64,000 bases of DNA from Octopus vulgaris. Its lineage: Eukaryota. The stretch spans positions 22,568,001-22,632,000 of the forward strand of contig OX597836.1 in NCBI GenBank assembly GCA_951406725.2, read 5' to 3'. Each line of letters starts with the position of its first letter. Within the stretch, counting starts at the first letter, position 1. The position numbers and the translations under genes are program-made. Of this stretch, positions 49,757 through 62,890 are shown piece by piece. The notes under the pieces were generated by a model. It was given only the letters and a program-made list of their open reading frames with translations, was not told the origin of the DNA and ran no database searches.

Positions 49757-50640
49757 TTGAAAGATACAGGTAAAGAAATAATCTTGTTCTTAAATGCAGG
49801 ATAATGCTAATAATATAGCATGAACAGGATAAAATATCCATATTTTGCAGAAAAATATGTTGGCAGCGAGCCATGAGATTCAAACTCATGTCCCTGTGAT
49901 TATGCATCAGGTGCTTTACCTATTTCTTTACTACTCACAAGGGGCTAAACACAGAGAGGATAAACAAGGACAGACAAATGGATTAAGTTGATTATACGAC
50001 CCCAGTGCATAACTGGTACTTATTTAATCGAGGATGAAAGGCAAAGTCAACCTCGGCGGAATTTGAACTTAGAATGTAGCGGCAGACGAAATACCGCTAA
50101 GCATTTTGCCCAGCGTGCTAACGATTCTGCCAGCTCTCCGCGTCAGGTGCTTTACCATTAAACTAAACTGCCCAGTGACAAATTCTTCTGCAATTTTAGG
50201 ATATATAAATCTAGCTTTATAAGATGCTATTGTACATTAAATTCAACTTATATTGAAAGTCAACAAACAGAGTTTGCTTTAAAAGCATTGTGATTTATTG
50301 AAAGATAGAGATAAGGAAATAATTTTATTCTCAACCGTAGGATAATGCTAATAATATAGCATGAACAGAATAAACTATCTATAGTTTATACTGCAGAAGA
50401 ATTTGTCGCTGGGCAGTTTAGCCTAATGTTTACAGGGATGTGAGTTCGAATCTCATGGCTGGCCGCTGACAGATTTTTCTGCTAAATATGGATATTTTAT
50501 CCTGTTCATGCTATATTATTATCATTATCCTGTGTTTGAGAATAAAATTATTTCTTCTTCTGTATCTGTCAATACATCTCAATGCTTCTAAAGCCAATGT
50601 TGGTTGTTGACTTTCAATGTAGGCTGAATTTAACGTATAC
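49757..50640. mobile_element. tRNA-head-bearing repeat arranged as tandem and inverted copies, with a SINE-B insertion (49921-50141)
   Basis: 49757-50192 is an inverted copy of 50392-50573; T-arm (A/G)TGAG-TTCGAAT-CTCAT; SINE-B TSD TCAGGTGCTTTACC. Confidence 0.75.
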
Positions 50641-51269
50641 ATGTATGTATTTGTGTGTGTGTGTGTGTGTGTGTCTGTGTTTGTCCCCCTACCATTGCTT
50701 GACGACCAATGTTGGTGTGTTTACATCCCTGTAACTTATCGGTTTGGCAAAAAAAAAAAAACTGATAGAATTAGTACTAGGCTTACAAAGAATAAGTCCT
50801 GGGTGTCAATTTGTTTGGCTAAAGACAGTGCTCCAGCATGGCTACAGTTAAATGACCGAAACAACTAAAAGAATATATATATATATAATATATATATACA
50901 TATATTCAGCGGTGGTGCCCCAGCATGGCCGCGGCCTTCAGGCTAAAACATTTTTAAGGATTTTTAAGGATTTATACAGGTTAAAGTGTGGATGTGTGGT
51001 AAGAAATTTGCTCCCCAACCATATGGTTCCAGGTTCAATCCTGCTGCATGGCATCTGGGGCAAGTGTCTCATACTATAGCTTCAGGTGAACCAAAGCCTT
51101 ATGAGTGGATTTGGTGGAGTGAAACTGAAAGAATCCTGCTGTATGTGTGTGTGTGTGCACATATGTGTGTGTGTAATGCCCTGACGTGCCAACTGTTGAC
51201 CGTTGCTTTATCAAACTTACATGAAACTTATAATGAAGCCTATTTTCTTTCTACGCTCATTATAAACTA

Positions 51270-52534
51270 TCAGGCTGAGTAAAAAGCAAGCAACATTTTG
51301 AAACATGAGATTTATTACAATATATTTCAACAATGCAGAAATTTTATTCATCAAAGTAAGTACCATTACAATCAACACATTTTTGCCAACTTGGTAACAT
51401 AAAGATCTGGAGTTCTGGAGCTGAAGAACTCTTTGAATGAACTTTCAGCATCGGTTTGATTTTTGAACTTCTTCTGTCACAGGAAAGCATCAAGGTTCAT
51501 GAAAAAGTGGTAGTCAGTAGGAGAAAGGTCTAGGGAACAAGCTGGGTGGGGAAGAACTTCATAACTAAATTCCCTCAACTTCAGGAGCATCATTAATGAA
51601 ACATGTGGTCTAGCATTGACATGAAGAACGATTGGCACTCTTCTGTTGACCAGTCTGGGACAGAGGATTAGCAGTTTTACGTTCATTTTGGCAATGGATT
51701 GCAATATGTTCCTGCAGTAATGGTTTTTTCCAGGTTTTAAGAAGTTATAGTGGATGAGTCCAACAGTACATCACCAAACAATCAGCATAACCTTCTTTTT
51801 GAAGAGTTCAGGTTTAGGGAAGGTTTTTGGTGCTTCATTTTGGCCCAACCACTGCGAAGAACATTTTTTATAATTGTACAGAAACTACTTTTCATCACAG
51901 GTTACAATACAGTCAAGAAATAGATCGGCCTGGTTATGGAGAAGAAGCAACGAGCAAATTTCATACCTGCACATTTTCTGATTTTCATTCAAATCATTTA
52001 GTCGCCTTGTGTTGAGTGTTTTTGATCTTCTGATTGCATGCAAATGGTTGCAGGCAGTTTTCTAGCTAACTTGAAGATTTTTTTGCCAATTCCCGAGTGC
52101 TTTTATGTGGATCTTTCTCAATGATGGTCTTTAATTGACCATCATCGATGACAGATGGGCGTCCACTATGCTAACGATCTTCATGGTTCAAGTCTCCACT
52201 GTGAAATCGTTTAAACCATTTTTGAGCTGACCACTCACTGGTCATTTCCTCACCAAATGTTTCGTTGATATCGTGAGCAGTTTCAGCTGCTTTACATCTT
52301 TCTTTGAAGTTGAATAGCAAAATTGCTTGAATATCGCTCTTTGACAGTTCCATTTCAGATAATTGTAACAACGGTGAGAAAAATATCAATGTTAATTTAT
52401 TGATGCATTTGGGCAAAGTCTATGTTTGTATTATCAGACAATTGCAAATAAATGCTAAAAATAATTCAAAACTGCAAAAATCTGCTACAAATTCTTCATG
52501 GTTTAAAATGTTGCTTACTTTTTACTCAACCTGA
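51270..52534 (-). mobile_element. Full-length decayed mariner (cecropia/Hsmar1-like), about 1.27 kb
   Basis: TIRs TA|TCAGGCTGAGTAAAAAGCAAGCAACATTTT and AAAATGTTGCTTACTTTTTACTCAACCTGA|TA; MELSKSDIQAILLFNFKERCKAAETA..WFKRF HTH region; NARPH..LPHP..SLDLSPTDYHFF. Confidence 0.92.
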
Positions 52535-53994
52535 TAGAATAGTTATGGAATAATATATACTCTCTATTTCGTATGTTAAATTTTTCCATTTTTAGAGTTT
52601 ATAAACTACATCTACACACACACACACATACACACACATACACACACACACACAACGGGCTTCTTTCAATTTCTTTCTATTAAATCCACTCACAAGGTTT
52701 TGATCAGCCTAAGGCTATATAGAAGACACTTGCCCAAGGTGCCATTGCAGTGGGACTGAACCTGGAACCATAAGGTTGGGAAGCAAGCTTCTTACCACAC
52801 AGCCACATGCTAGCATGGGATGGACTGTTTGGCAGGATGCAAGTTGAAGAGCCACATTGTTCTCCACTATTTACTTTGGTGGCGATTTCTGCAGCTGAAT
52901 GTCCTTCCTAATGCCAACCACTTTAAGAGTGTATACTGTGCTTTGTTTACATGGCACAAGCACCAGTGAGGTGGCCATGGAACCTGTGAGACTACAAAAC
53001 CCCAGAGAGACAGCTTTATGTTAGAAGTATAAGAGAGAAAAAGCTAAATAAGATTGGTTTCTGACTGAAGAGAAGTTACATGGTAACTCATATTTTAGAA
53101 ACACAGTTGTAGGTGTGTGGGTGTGTGTGATGTGTGGGGGGGTATTATGGTGGAGTTGAGAAGATTTTAAGCCGTGGTGATATAGTGATGGACTTGTAGT
53201 GGTTGTTGTCAAAGAGGTGTTGTTGTTGTTGGTGGTGGTGGTGGTGATGAGAATGGTAGAGGTTGTCATAAAGGTGTCGTGGGTGGTAGTGAGAGTATTT
53301 GTGAATGGCATGGCGGTGGCTGTTGACACTCTGAGGTGTTGGTGATAATGGTGGCAATGGTATGAGGCTGTGGAGGTTGTCATGAAGGTGTTGTTAGTGT
53401 TGTTATTGTTGTTGTTGTTGTGTGTTCCGCTGGTGGAGGAGGTTGTCATAAAGGTGTTGGTTGCAATGTGATAAACAGGTGAGAAAAAGAATATTTCAAA
53501 AAAAAAAAAAAACTGACTAACAGCAAGAAAATAAAATCCAGAAAAATTGAGAAATTAATGAAGAGATTCAAATTAGATTTTAAATGATGGCCAAGAAGTG
53601 GCCATCAGAAATGGAAAACAAAGGAGACCACATTATTGACAACATCTTCATCATTAAGACAATGAAAAAATTTAGATGCAGTTACTCTTTTACTTCTTTC
53701 AGTCATTTGACTGTGGCCATGCTGGAGCACCGCCTTTAGTCAAGCAAATCGACCCCAGGTCTTATTCTTTGTAAGCCTAGTACTTATTCCATCGGTCCCT
53801 TTTACCGAACTGCTAGGTTACGGGGACAACCGGTTATTTCTCCAAAAACTATGTTACTATACACAAAATTTTATAATATTTTTCTGACATAACGACTTGA
53901 ATATATTCTTTAACCTTATAACACAAGCCTTCTGTAGTTTTTTTTTAATCCTTTTTATTTTTTATACATCCAACCACAGGCTTTCACACACCAA

Positions 53995-54026
<32 letters not shown>

Positions 54027-54027
54027 G

Positions 54028-54224
54028 GACGCCATGATATATCGTTAGCTCCTACACGCATTTTTTTCTCTCCTTGTTTTTTTCTGTGTATCTTTCTGTC
54101 AAAGAGCGTAGGCTCGAAACATAAAAGACTTTTTCTATTTCTATTCCTGAGAGCCATACTAATACATTTTTTGTTTGTTCTCCACCTGCCTTCGTCTTTT
54201 GTTTATTTTCGTAAACCTTCCCAT

Positions 54225-54226
<2 letters not shown>
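54028..54226 (+). mobile_element. Penelope-type pLTR fragment of a related family with a hammerhead-like core
   Basis: TCTTT-CTGTCAA-AGAGC-GTAG-GCTC-GAAAC-ATA-AAAGA, flanked by (TA)n. Confidence 0.55.
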
Positions 54227-54280
<54 letters not shown>

Positions 54281-54744
54281 CCTGTTGTGTGTGTGTGTGT
54301 GTTTGTCCCCCAATCCACCACTGAACAACTGATGTTGGTGTGTTTAAATACCCATAACTTAGTGGTTCAGCAAAAAAGACTGATAGAATAAGTGTCGGGC
54401 TTTACAAAAAGCGAATGCAATAATAAGTACTGGGGTAAATTTGTGGGACTAAAAATCCTTCAAGACGGTGCTCCAGCATGGCCGTAGCCCAATGACTAAA
54501 ATGAAGTAAAACGCAAAAAAAGTCTCTTAATATTTTCTTTTATATTCTATTAATAATAATAATAAAATGGAAAAATATGGAAATCAAATGACATGAAAGA
54601 GGCAGACTGGAATCAAAGAACATTTCTGCAGACATTCATCCAAAATAACTTTAAGGGAAAAGTAAAATAATAACAGCAATAATGCTGGCAAGTCCACCCT
54701 GGCCCCATACCCGAAATATGTGTCCATGTATGCATGTGTTTACA

Positions 54745-54793
<49 letters not shown>

Positions 54794-55000
54794 ATATATA
54801 TACATATACATATATATGCATATGTACATATATATGCATATATATGCATATATATATGTATATGCATACATATATGTATATATATGTATGTATATATATA
54901 TGTGTATATATATATGTCTGTATATATATATATGTAAGTATATATATATATCATGTGTATATATATATATCATGTGTGTGTATATATATATATATATATA

Positions 55001-55090
<90 letters not shown>

Positions 55091-55789
55091 TATCTATACA
55101 CACACACACATATAAAGTTTTGATAAGTGCCAATGCATGAAACTCATGGTCCTTGAGTGATTCTGTTACTTCTGCTAAATATGGGGAACTTTGCTGTGCC
55201 ATTGCTGTTATTATTGGTGTGGCACCACTTTGAAGAATTTTTAGTTGAATGTATCAACCTCAGGACTTTTTTTTCTTTGAATCCTGGTACTTATTCTATT
55301 GTTCTCTTTTGCTAAGTTACGGGGATGTAAACAAACCAACATGGGTTGTCAAGCAGTAGTTGGGTGTGACAAGACAAAGCAGACACAAAGACACAGTATA
55401 GCAGTGCCTCAACACAACTATTATGTAGATGTGTGTGTGTGTGTGTGTGTAAATCAGTGGTCCTCCAGCATGGCCACAACTCATGGACTGGAGCAGGTAA
55501 TGGAGGAAGACACAATGAGGATGATGGTGGTGATAATGATGATGATGATGAGGAGGAGGAGGAGGATGTTTTTGTTGTTGTTAAGCAACAAGATGGGTAA
55601 GAGTGATTAGGTGATGGTCTAGGGCTTAGGGGCAGGAGACCCCAGACCTTGGAAAAAAAAAATTTAGTCGTCTTGTAGTAGTCGAGGGCTCTTCGTTGAT
55701 GCCCGACACCACTGGGAGGTGGCCCTCGAAGTCTCTGGAAATGGAGATCTCCAGGTCCAAATTCTTGAACGGCTGTTGGTGGTGGATGG

Positions 55790-56247
55790 TGGCAGTGGTG
55801 GTGGTGGTGGTGGTGGTGGTGGTGGTGGTGGTGGTGGTGGTGGTGGTGGTGGTGGTGGTGGTGACGGCGGTGGTGGTGGTGGTGGTGGTGGTGGTGGTGG
55901 TGGTGGTGGTGGTGGTGGTGGTGGTGGTGGTGGTGGTGGTGGTGGTGGTGGTGGTGGTGGCAGTGGTGGTGGTGACGGCGGTGGTGGTGGTGGTGGTGGT
56001 GGTGGTGACGGCGGTGGTGGTGGTGGTGGCGGTGGTGGTGGCAGCAGCGGATGTACAGTAGATGTAATAATGATAGCATTGGTGTTACTGCTACTAATGA
56101 TGGTGATGGCTGCTGTGATGATAATGGTGATGCTGCTATTGCTACCGCTGCTGCTGCTGATGATGATGACGGCAATGACGATGACGACGATGACAACGCC
56201 GACGATAATGATGATGATTATGATGTTGAGATGATGTGGCAATGATA

Positions 56248-56283
<36 letters not shown>
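55790..56283. repeat. Long (GGT)n tract (about 80 units) followed by (GAT)n/(GCT)n tracts
   Basis: Directly visible. Confidence 0.95.
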
Positions 56284-56632
56284 CCAGCGCTGGCGCTCAG
56301 GATGAATAACAAATAACAATACTGCAAATACAGTATCTATTCGCATTTAATACATTACACATTCATAAATTTCTAAACCAAGTTCCTTTGTTAAAAAAAA
56401 GAATATTAAAAAAGAGGGGAAAGCAAAGAAGAACCAGCCACCACAGAAAATTGGAAGAACACCACAGCCAACCCTCTCCCCCCCCCCACACCTATCCTTC
56501 TCTCTGCACGCCATAAAAAAGTAAAAAGCCTGAAGACAGGAGGAATATTGGCAAGAAAGACAGGAGCAAAAAATACTCATATGCATATATATCAATTGAT
56601 ATATATACATACATGCATACATACATATATAT

Positions 56633-56675
<43 letters not shown>

Positions 56676-56762
56676 TATAGGTATAAATATAGATATATAC
56701 ATATGCATAGATATATACATATGCATAGATATATACATATATATATATACATATATATATAT

Positions 56763-56804
<42 letters not shown>

Positions 56805-56835
56805 CATATATATATATATATATACATATATATAC

Positions 56836-56866
<31 letters not shown>

Positions 56867-56887
56867 CATATATATACATATATATAC

Positions 56888-56935
<48 letters not shown>

Positions 56936-57315
56936 TCACATTTATACATTTTATATTTCATATTTATATATTTTATATTTATGTATCTATACACACACAC
57001 ACATATAGACACACAGCAACTATATATATATATATGTATGTATATGCAGACTTATATTGATATATCTAAGTCTATGGGTATATGTGATGTCTGAGGGGCA
57101 GGTAGGGGACAGAAATACCTAAATAGGGAATCAATGAAAGAGAGATTTCACTTTATAGAGAAGAAATGGAGTAAAATATAGAAAATAAAATGTTAATTTT
57201 TAGCTCATATTTATTTCTGGCTTATGTATGCAAGCACATGGGTAACATTGTATCTATGTAAGAAGATATATAAGTATGCATGCACACATGTACATGTGCA
57301 TACATATATCATTAT

Positions 57316-57346
<31 letters not shown>

Positions 57347-57699
57347 AATATATATATGTACGCATGTGTGTGTTGTAAGTATATATATGTATAAATGTGT
57401 CCGTGTGTATGTATATGCGTATACCTAGACCACCTGAGCATTATATTATAGTTATCTGTGGAGTACTCGACCACTTTGCATGATGATTCTATTAAAAGTT
57501 TTGAGTTAAGTCTCAGCTCAAATCACCTCCAAGTCAAAAATCAACTTAAATATATATATATATATATATATATATGCGTATTTGTGTATGTGCATATGAG
57601 TGTGTGTATGCACATATATCTATGTGTATATATATGTATGTTTCTGTGTGTGTGTGTGTTTGTGTCTGTGTTTGTCAGCCACTACTGCATGACAAATAG

Positions 57700-58271
57700 C
57701 ACACACTACACTCTCAGAGTGGTTGGCGTTAGGAAGGGTATCCAGCTGTAGAAACTCTGCCAGATCAAGATTGGAGCCTGGTGCGGCTGTCTGGTTCGCC
57801 AGCTCTCAGTCAATATCGTCCAACCCATGCTAGCCTGGAAGGCGGACGTTAAACGATGATGATATATATATATAGGTGCAGGAGTGGCTGTGTGGTAAGT
57901 AGCTTCTTTACCAACCACATGGTTCCCGGTTCAGTCCCAGTGCATGCCACCTTCGGCAAGGGTCTTCCACTATAGCCTCGGGTCGATCAAAGCCTTGTGG
58001 ATTTGGTAGACAGAAACTGAAAGAAGCCCATTGTGTGTATATATATATATATATATATATAGCGTGTGTGTGTCTGTGTTTGTGCCCCACTGCCATTGCT
58101 TGACGACTGGTGTTGGTGTGTTTACATCCCCGTAACTTAGCAGTTCGGCAAAAAGAGACCGATGAAATAAGTACTAGGCTTACAAAGAATAAGTCCTGGG
58201 GTCGATTTGGTCAACTAAAGGTGGTGCTCCAGCATGGCCACAGTAAAATGACTGAAACAAGTAAAAGAGTA
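57700..58271 (+). mobile_element. RTE tail followed by a full-length SINE-A (57873-58271)
   Basis: Homology to other copies. Confidence 0.9.
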
Positions 58272-58322
<51 letters not shown>

Positions 58323-59269
58323 AAAAGAACCTGAAAATACAGGTGTCTTTTAAAAGTATCTTTTAAAATATATATATGTATGTATGTGTATTTATATATT
58401 TATTGTGTGTGTGTGCGTATATATATATATATACATACATGTATGAATATATGTGTACATATACACACACATATAAATATATGTGTATGTATATATATGT
58501 GTGTGTATATGTCTGTGTGTGTAAATTTATATATATAGATATATATATATTGTCAAATCACACGTTAAAAATAACAAATAACAAAACAAAACACATTCCT
58601 TAATTGCTGGAAATCATATTATATTCATATTATTGATTATTCTCTCTGCACATATTTCACAAATGTAAAAATCCACGCCAACCTGTGCATAGTGCATACA
58701 TTGTATAAATGTAATTAAAACGCTTTCATTATATAATTCCAAGAGATCACATTGCATAATCTAAATTCTATACGATATAAATTCTATACGAGCATATTTC
58801 ATAAATCTAAAACACATTACATACTACAAAGAGACCATATTACATAATGCTAAACAGGCATAATGTATAGTTCTAAAAGAAGGAATATCAAATAATTCTG
58901 GAAGTGATATTACATTTTTATCACACGCCCCACCATTACATAGCTGTAAAAATCTCTATTTGATTTTATGGCTTCTTTTGATACAGGAAGTCTTTTCTGC
59001 GATGCAATACAAATAAATGCTGTTTGAAGTGTCTAAGGCCAAGCTTTTAAGGCTCAGCACTTAATCTGTAGTTTTATAGCAAGAAGTAAAGAGAAGATAT
59101 AACAGGTATTATTACAAAGTTTAATCCTTGGCTGTGGGGGTTAAGAAGTTTGCTTCTCAACTGAAAGGCTTCAGTTTCAGTCCCACTGTGTGGCACACTG
59201 AGCAAATGTCGTCTACTTCAGCCCTGGGTTCACCAATGCTATGTAATTGGATTTAGTAGATGGAAACTG

Positions 59270-59316
<47 letters not shown>

Positions 59317-60711
59317 CGTGTGTATATTAATATTAGGGAAGTTATTTCTGAGTCCACAGGGGAGAGAAGTTCAATTTAGTGGTACTAAAATGAATTACTC
59401 ACTGTATTATATACATATATATATAGATAGGTTTTAAGAGACAGCTTCACCCTCAAGCAACTCAATCATCATTGAACAACATTATCCACGATAGGTAGAT
59501 ATAGGACTAAATATTAAAATTATCAAAATTAATACCTTCAATTCTTATTCCAAGTCATATACTTCACATTATATAGACTATGTGCATTTCATGACAACAT
59601 ATTCCTCGACATTGCTGAAATAGAAGGTCTCAAAATATAATACCATATTAAAACAATTATATTGCCAATCTTCAGGTCTAGATTATATGAACTTATTTTG
59701 CTATTTACATAAAGACATATATAAATATATAAATATATAAATAGATATCTATATCTATCTATCTTTTTTGTACACACACACACACACACACACACACACC
59801 AGTTTGATATACACAATTGCAAAAGAGCTACCAATAGTTTTATACTTTTCAGCTACATTAAACTGGCAGATTTATATAACATGCAATATATCGCCAAGCA
59901 ATCTTTTAGGCTCAGCTCATAATGTTAGATGCATTTAAATACCAGGACACTGGACTATGAGAAAACATGATGAAAAGTGAGAAGGATAAAAAAATGAGAC
60001 GAAAAAATGCAAACAAGATTGATGCAAAAAATGGAAGGAGTAGAAAGAAAAGTAAGGAAACCAAGATCTTCATCCTTCTTGACTGTAGAAACCATAATTA
60101 ATGTAGCTGGTGCAGAATTATATAAGAGGAAGGAGGCCAAACTCTGTGAGATAGCTATTCAGCCCACTTTTATGTTTCAGTCATTATTAGACTGTGGCCA
60201 TCCTAGAGCAATTCTTTGAAGAACTTGGTGATATTTCCCCATGGCCAGACATGTTTTTGCAGAATATTGGAAATGAATGACACTGCATGTATGACAGTGA
60301 CACTCCTTTACAGCTATCACACAAATGTCAAGGCAAGGAGGTGCAAACATGCACACACACACACACACACGCACGCGCGCACGCACACACACACACACAC
60401 ACACAATGGGCTTCTTTCAATTTCTGGCAAACAAATCCATTCACAAGACTTCGGTCAGTTCCGAAGACACTTGCCCAAGGTGCTACACAGTGGGACTGAA
60501 CCCAAAACTATGTGGTTTGGAAGCAAGTTTCGTTGACTCCACTGCAACATCAAGTTAGTGAAGATACAAGGATGTCTGGCTAATGATCATAAAGTCGTGG
60601 GTTCAATTCCTGAACCAGGTAGCAGGTTGTATCCTTGATCATGACATTTCATTTCATCTTGCTCCAGTTTACTCAGCTGTAATGAGTACCAACCAAATGT
60701 CAGTGCAGTTC

Positions 60712-61191
60712 CCTTCTCTCTCTCTCTTCTCCTCTCTATGTTTCTGTTTCTTCCTCTCGTTTTCTCTTGCTTTCTCTCTTTCTCCCTCTCCATTTTTCTC
60801 TCTCTTTCCCTCTTTATGTCTCTTTCACTCTCTCACTTGCTTTCCCTCTCTTTTTTCTTTCTTTCCTTCTCTATGCCTCTCTCTTTTTCTTTCTTTCCCT
60901 CTCTCCCTTTCCATCTTTCTCTCTCTTTCCCTCTCTATGTCTCTTTCACTCTCTCACTTGCTTTCCCTCTCTCTTTTTCTTTATTTCCTTCTCTATGCCT
61001 CTCTCTTTCTCTCTTTTTCTTTCTTTCTTTCTTTCTCTCTCTCTTTCTCCCTTTCCATCTTTCTCTCTCTTTCCCTCTCTATGTCTCTTTCACTCTCTCA
61101 CTTGCTTTCCCTCTCTTTTTCTTTCTTCCATTCTCTATGTTTCTCTCTCCCTCTCTCTCTCTTTTTCTCTTTCTTTCTCCCTGTCTCTTCC

Positions 61192-61230
<39 letters not shown>

Positions 61231-61237
61231 CCTTCTT
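60712..61237. repeat. CT-rich minisatellite with three units of about 120-140 bp
   Basis: TATGTCTCTTTCACTCTCTCACTTGCTTTCCCTCTC occurs three times. Confidence 0.88.
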
Positions 61238-61400
61238 CTAGTTGTCACATCCTGGTGAAAGGACTGAAAGAGTATTTATATCTGTCCATGATTACATAAG
61301 CACCGAAAAACGATCAGCAAAAGCATGGTATATAACCAAGCCATATCCACTTATAAGTGACACCATCATCATTGTCAACATCACCATCTCAATAAGTAGC

Positions 61401-61435
<35 letters not shown>

Positions 61436-62228
61436 CTTGTCATTATCATCGACTTCATTCAGCTATAACAGAAAATTTCCCAATAAACAAATCTACATTA
61501 ACACCAATGGCGTTGTTATGGTATCTCAGTTGTACCCTACACATTAGCTAACTTTTATATGTGTATACGTAAAACTGAAAAATAAATGTCTCTTGCCATT
61601 CTCTGGAGAATTATTTAAAAGACAGATGAGATAATAAAAATAATTTGTAGGCTATTCCATTGTCCAACCTGCACAGCTTTCTAAACCAAGATAATATTCT
61701 GTATAACTTGTTAATGATTAAATGAGAAACCACCAAAGTTTCGTTATGTCAAAGCTAATGAAACAAAAAAAAAAAAAAAAAAAAAAAATGAATTGGAAGC
61801 AAAGTTTTCTAATTCCTGAACTTTGTACTTTGTGTTGCTGCTTTTTTTTGAATTTTTATTTTCTACATTTTATTTATTTATTTATTTATTTATTTATTTG
61901 CAAATTTGGATGTTTTTTAAGCTCAAAATTTCTTTATAAATGTCTATGTTTATACACAATTGTGTTTTTGTTAACATTTTCTACTTTCTGCCTTCATTCT
62001 CCTCATTTTTATCATCATCATCGTCGTCGTCGTCGTCGTTTGTAATCATCGTCATCATCATTGTCAATGTCATCATCAACACTGTTGTCGTCATCATTGT
62101 CATCATCATAAATGTCATCGTTGTCGTCATCTCCTTCTTCATCATTATCATCATCATAATCATCAACATAAGTATTGCCCTCATCCTTGTGGTTACTACT
62201 TCCAGTCAATGTCTTCATTAACAATCTA

Positions 62229-62392
62229 GGCGCAGGAGTGGCTGTGTGGTAAGTAGCTTGCTTACCAACCACATGGTTCCAGGTTCAGTCCCACTGCAAT
62301 GGCACCTTGGGCAAGTGTCTTCTATATAGCCTTAGGCTGATCAAAACCTTGTGAGTGGATTTGATAGAAAGAAACTGAAAGAAGCCCGTTGT
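62229..62392 (+). mobile_element. SINE-A 5' half
   Basis: GGCGCAGGAGTGGCTGTGTGG head. Confidence 0.9.
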
Positions 62393-62524
62393 ATGTGTGT
62401 GTGTGTGTTCTTATTCTAATAACTATCCTGTTAGAGCATCCTTCTCCTTTGCTAATTTGGTCATCTTGGAAATGGAAGCTGTCTGCTATTTCTAAGGATC
62501 TCCAGCCCCTAGAAATTTAAGGAA

Positions 62525-62620
62525 AGTCTATTTTCTGTACATTCTCAGTGTCTAACCTTCCTGTGATGTCGTTGCACCTCTTATTTGTCCAAAACTTGCA
62601 CTTGGTACACCGTAAGGAGT
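62525..62620 (-). mobile_element. RTE fragment covering the PHD-like insertion
   Basis: NSLRCTKCKFWTNKRCNDITGRL matches NSIRCTQCKLWTHKRCSNIKG at 4716-4780. Confidence 0.7.
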
Positions 62621-62890
62621 TGGTTTTAATTCCCAGATCAAGCATTACATTGTATTCTTGAGCAAAACATTTTATTTTACATTGCCCCAGTCCACTCAGC
62701 TGTAAAGGAGTTCCAGCAGTAGTTGGGAAGTTAACTCCGCAATGGACTAGCAGCCTGTTCCAGGGCAGGAGGAATGTTGTAAACTCAGTCACTTATACAT
62801 CATGGAAACCAAGTTAAGCTCTGGGCTTATAAGTCCTAGGGCTCATAACAGACTCTAACTCTTTCTTCTCTCTTTCTTCTTGCCATTTAT

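Noticed and set aside
55719-56234. Plus-strand glycine-rich protein
   Set aside because: Non-ATG start, almost entirely (GGT)n/(GAT)n, and no supporting splice signals
60007-60219. 70-aa non-repetitive ORF
   Set aside because: No recognisable domain or splice structure, and it runs into degraded SINE sequence
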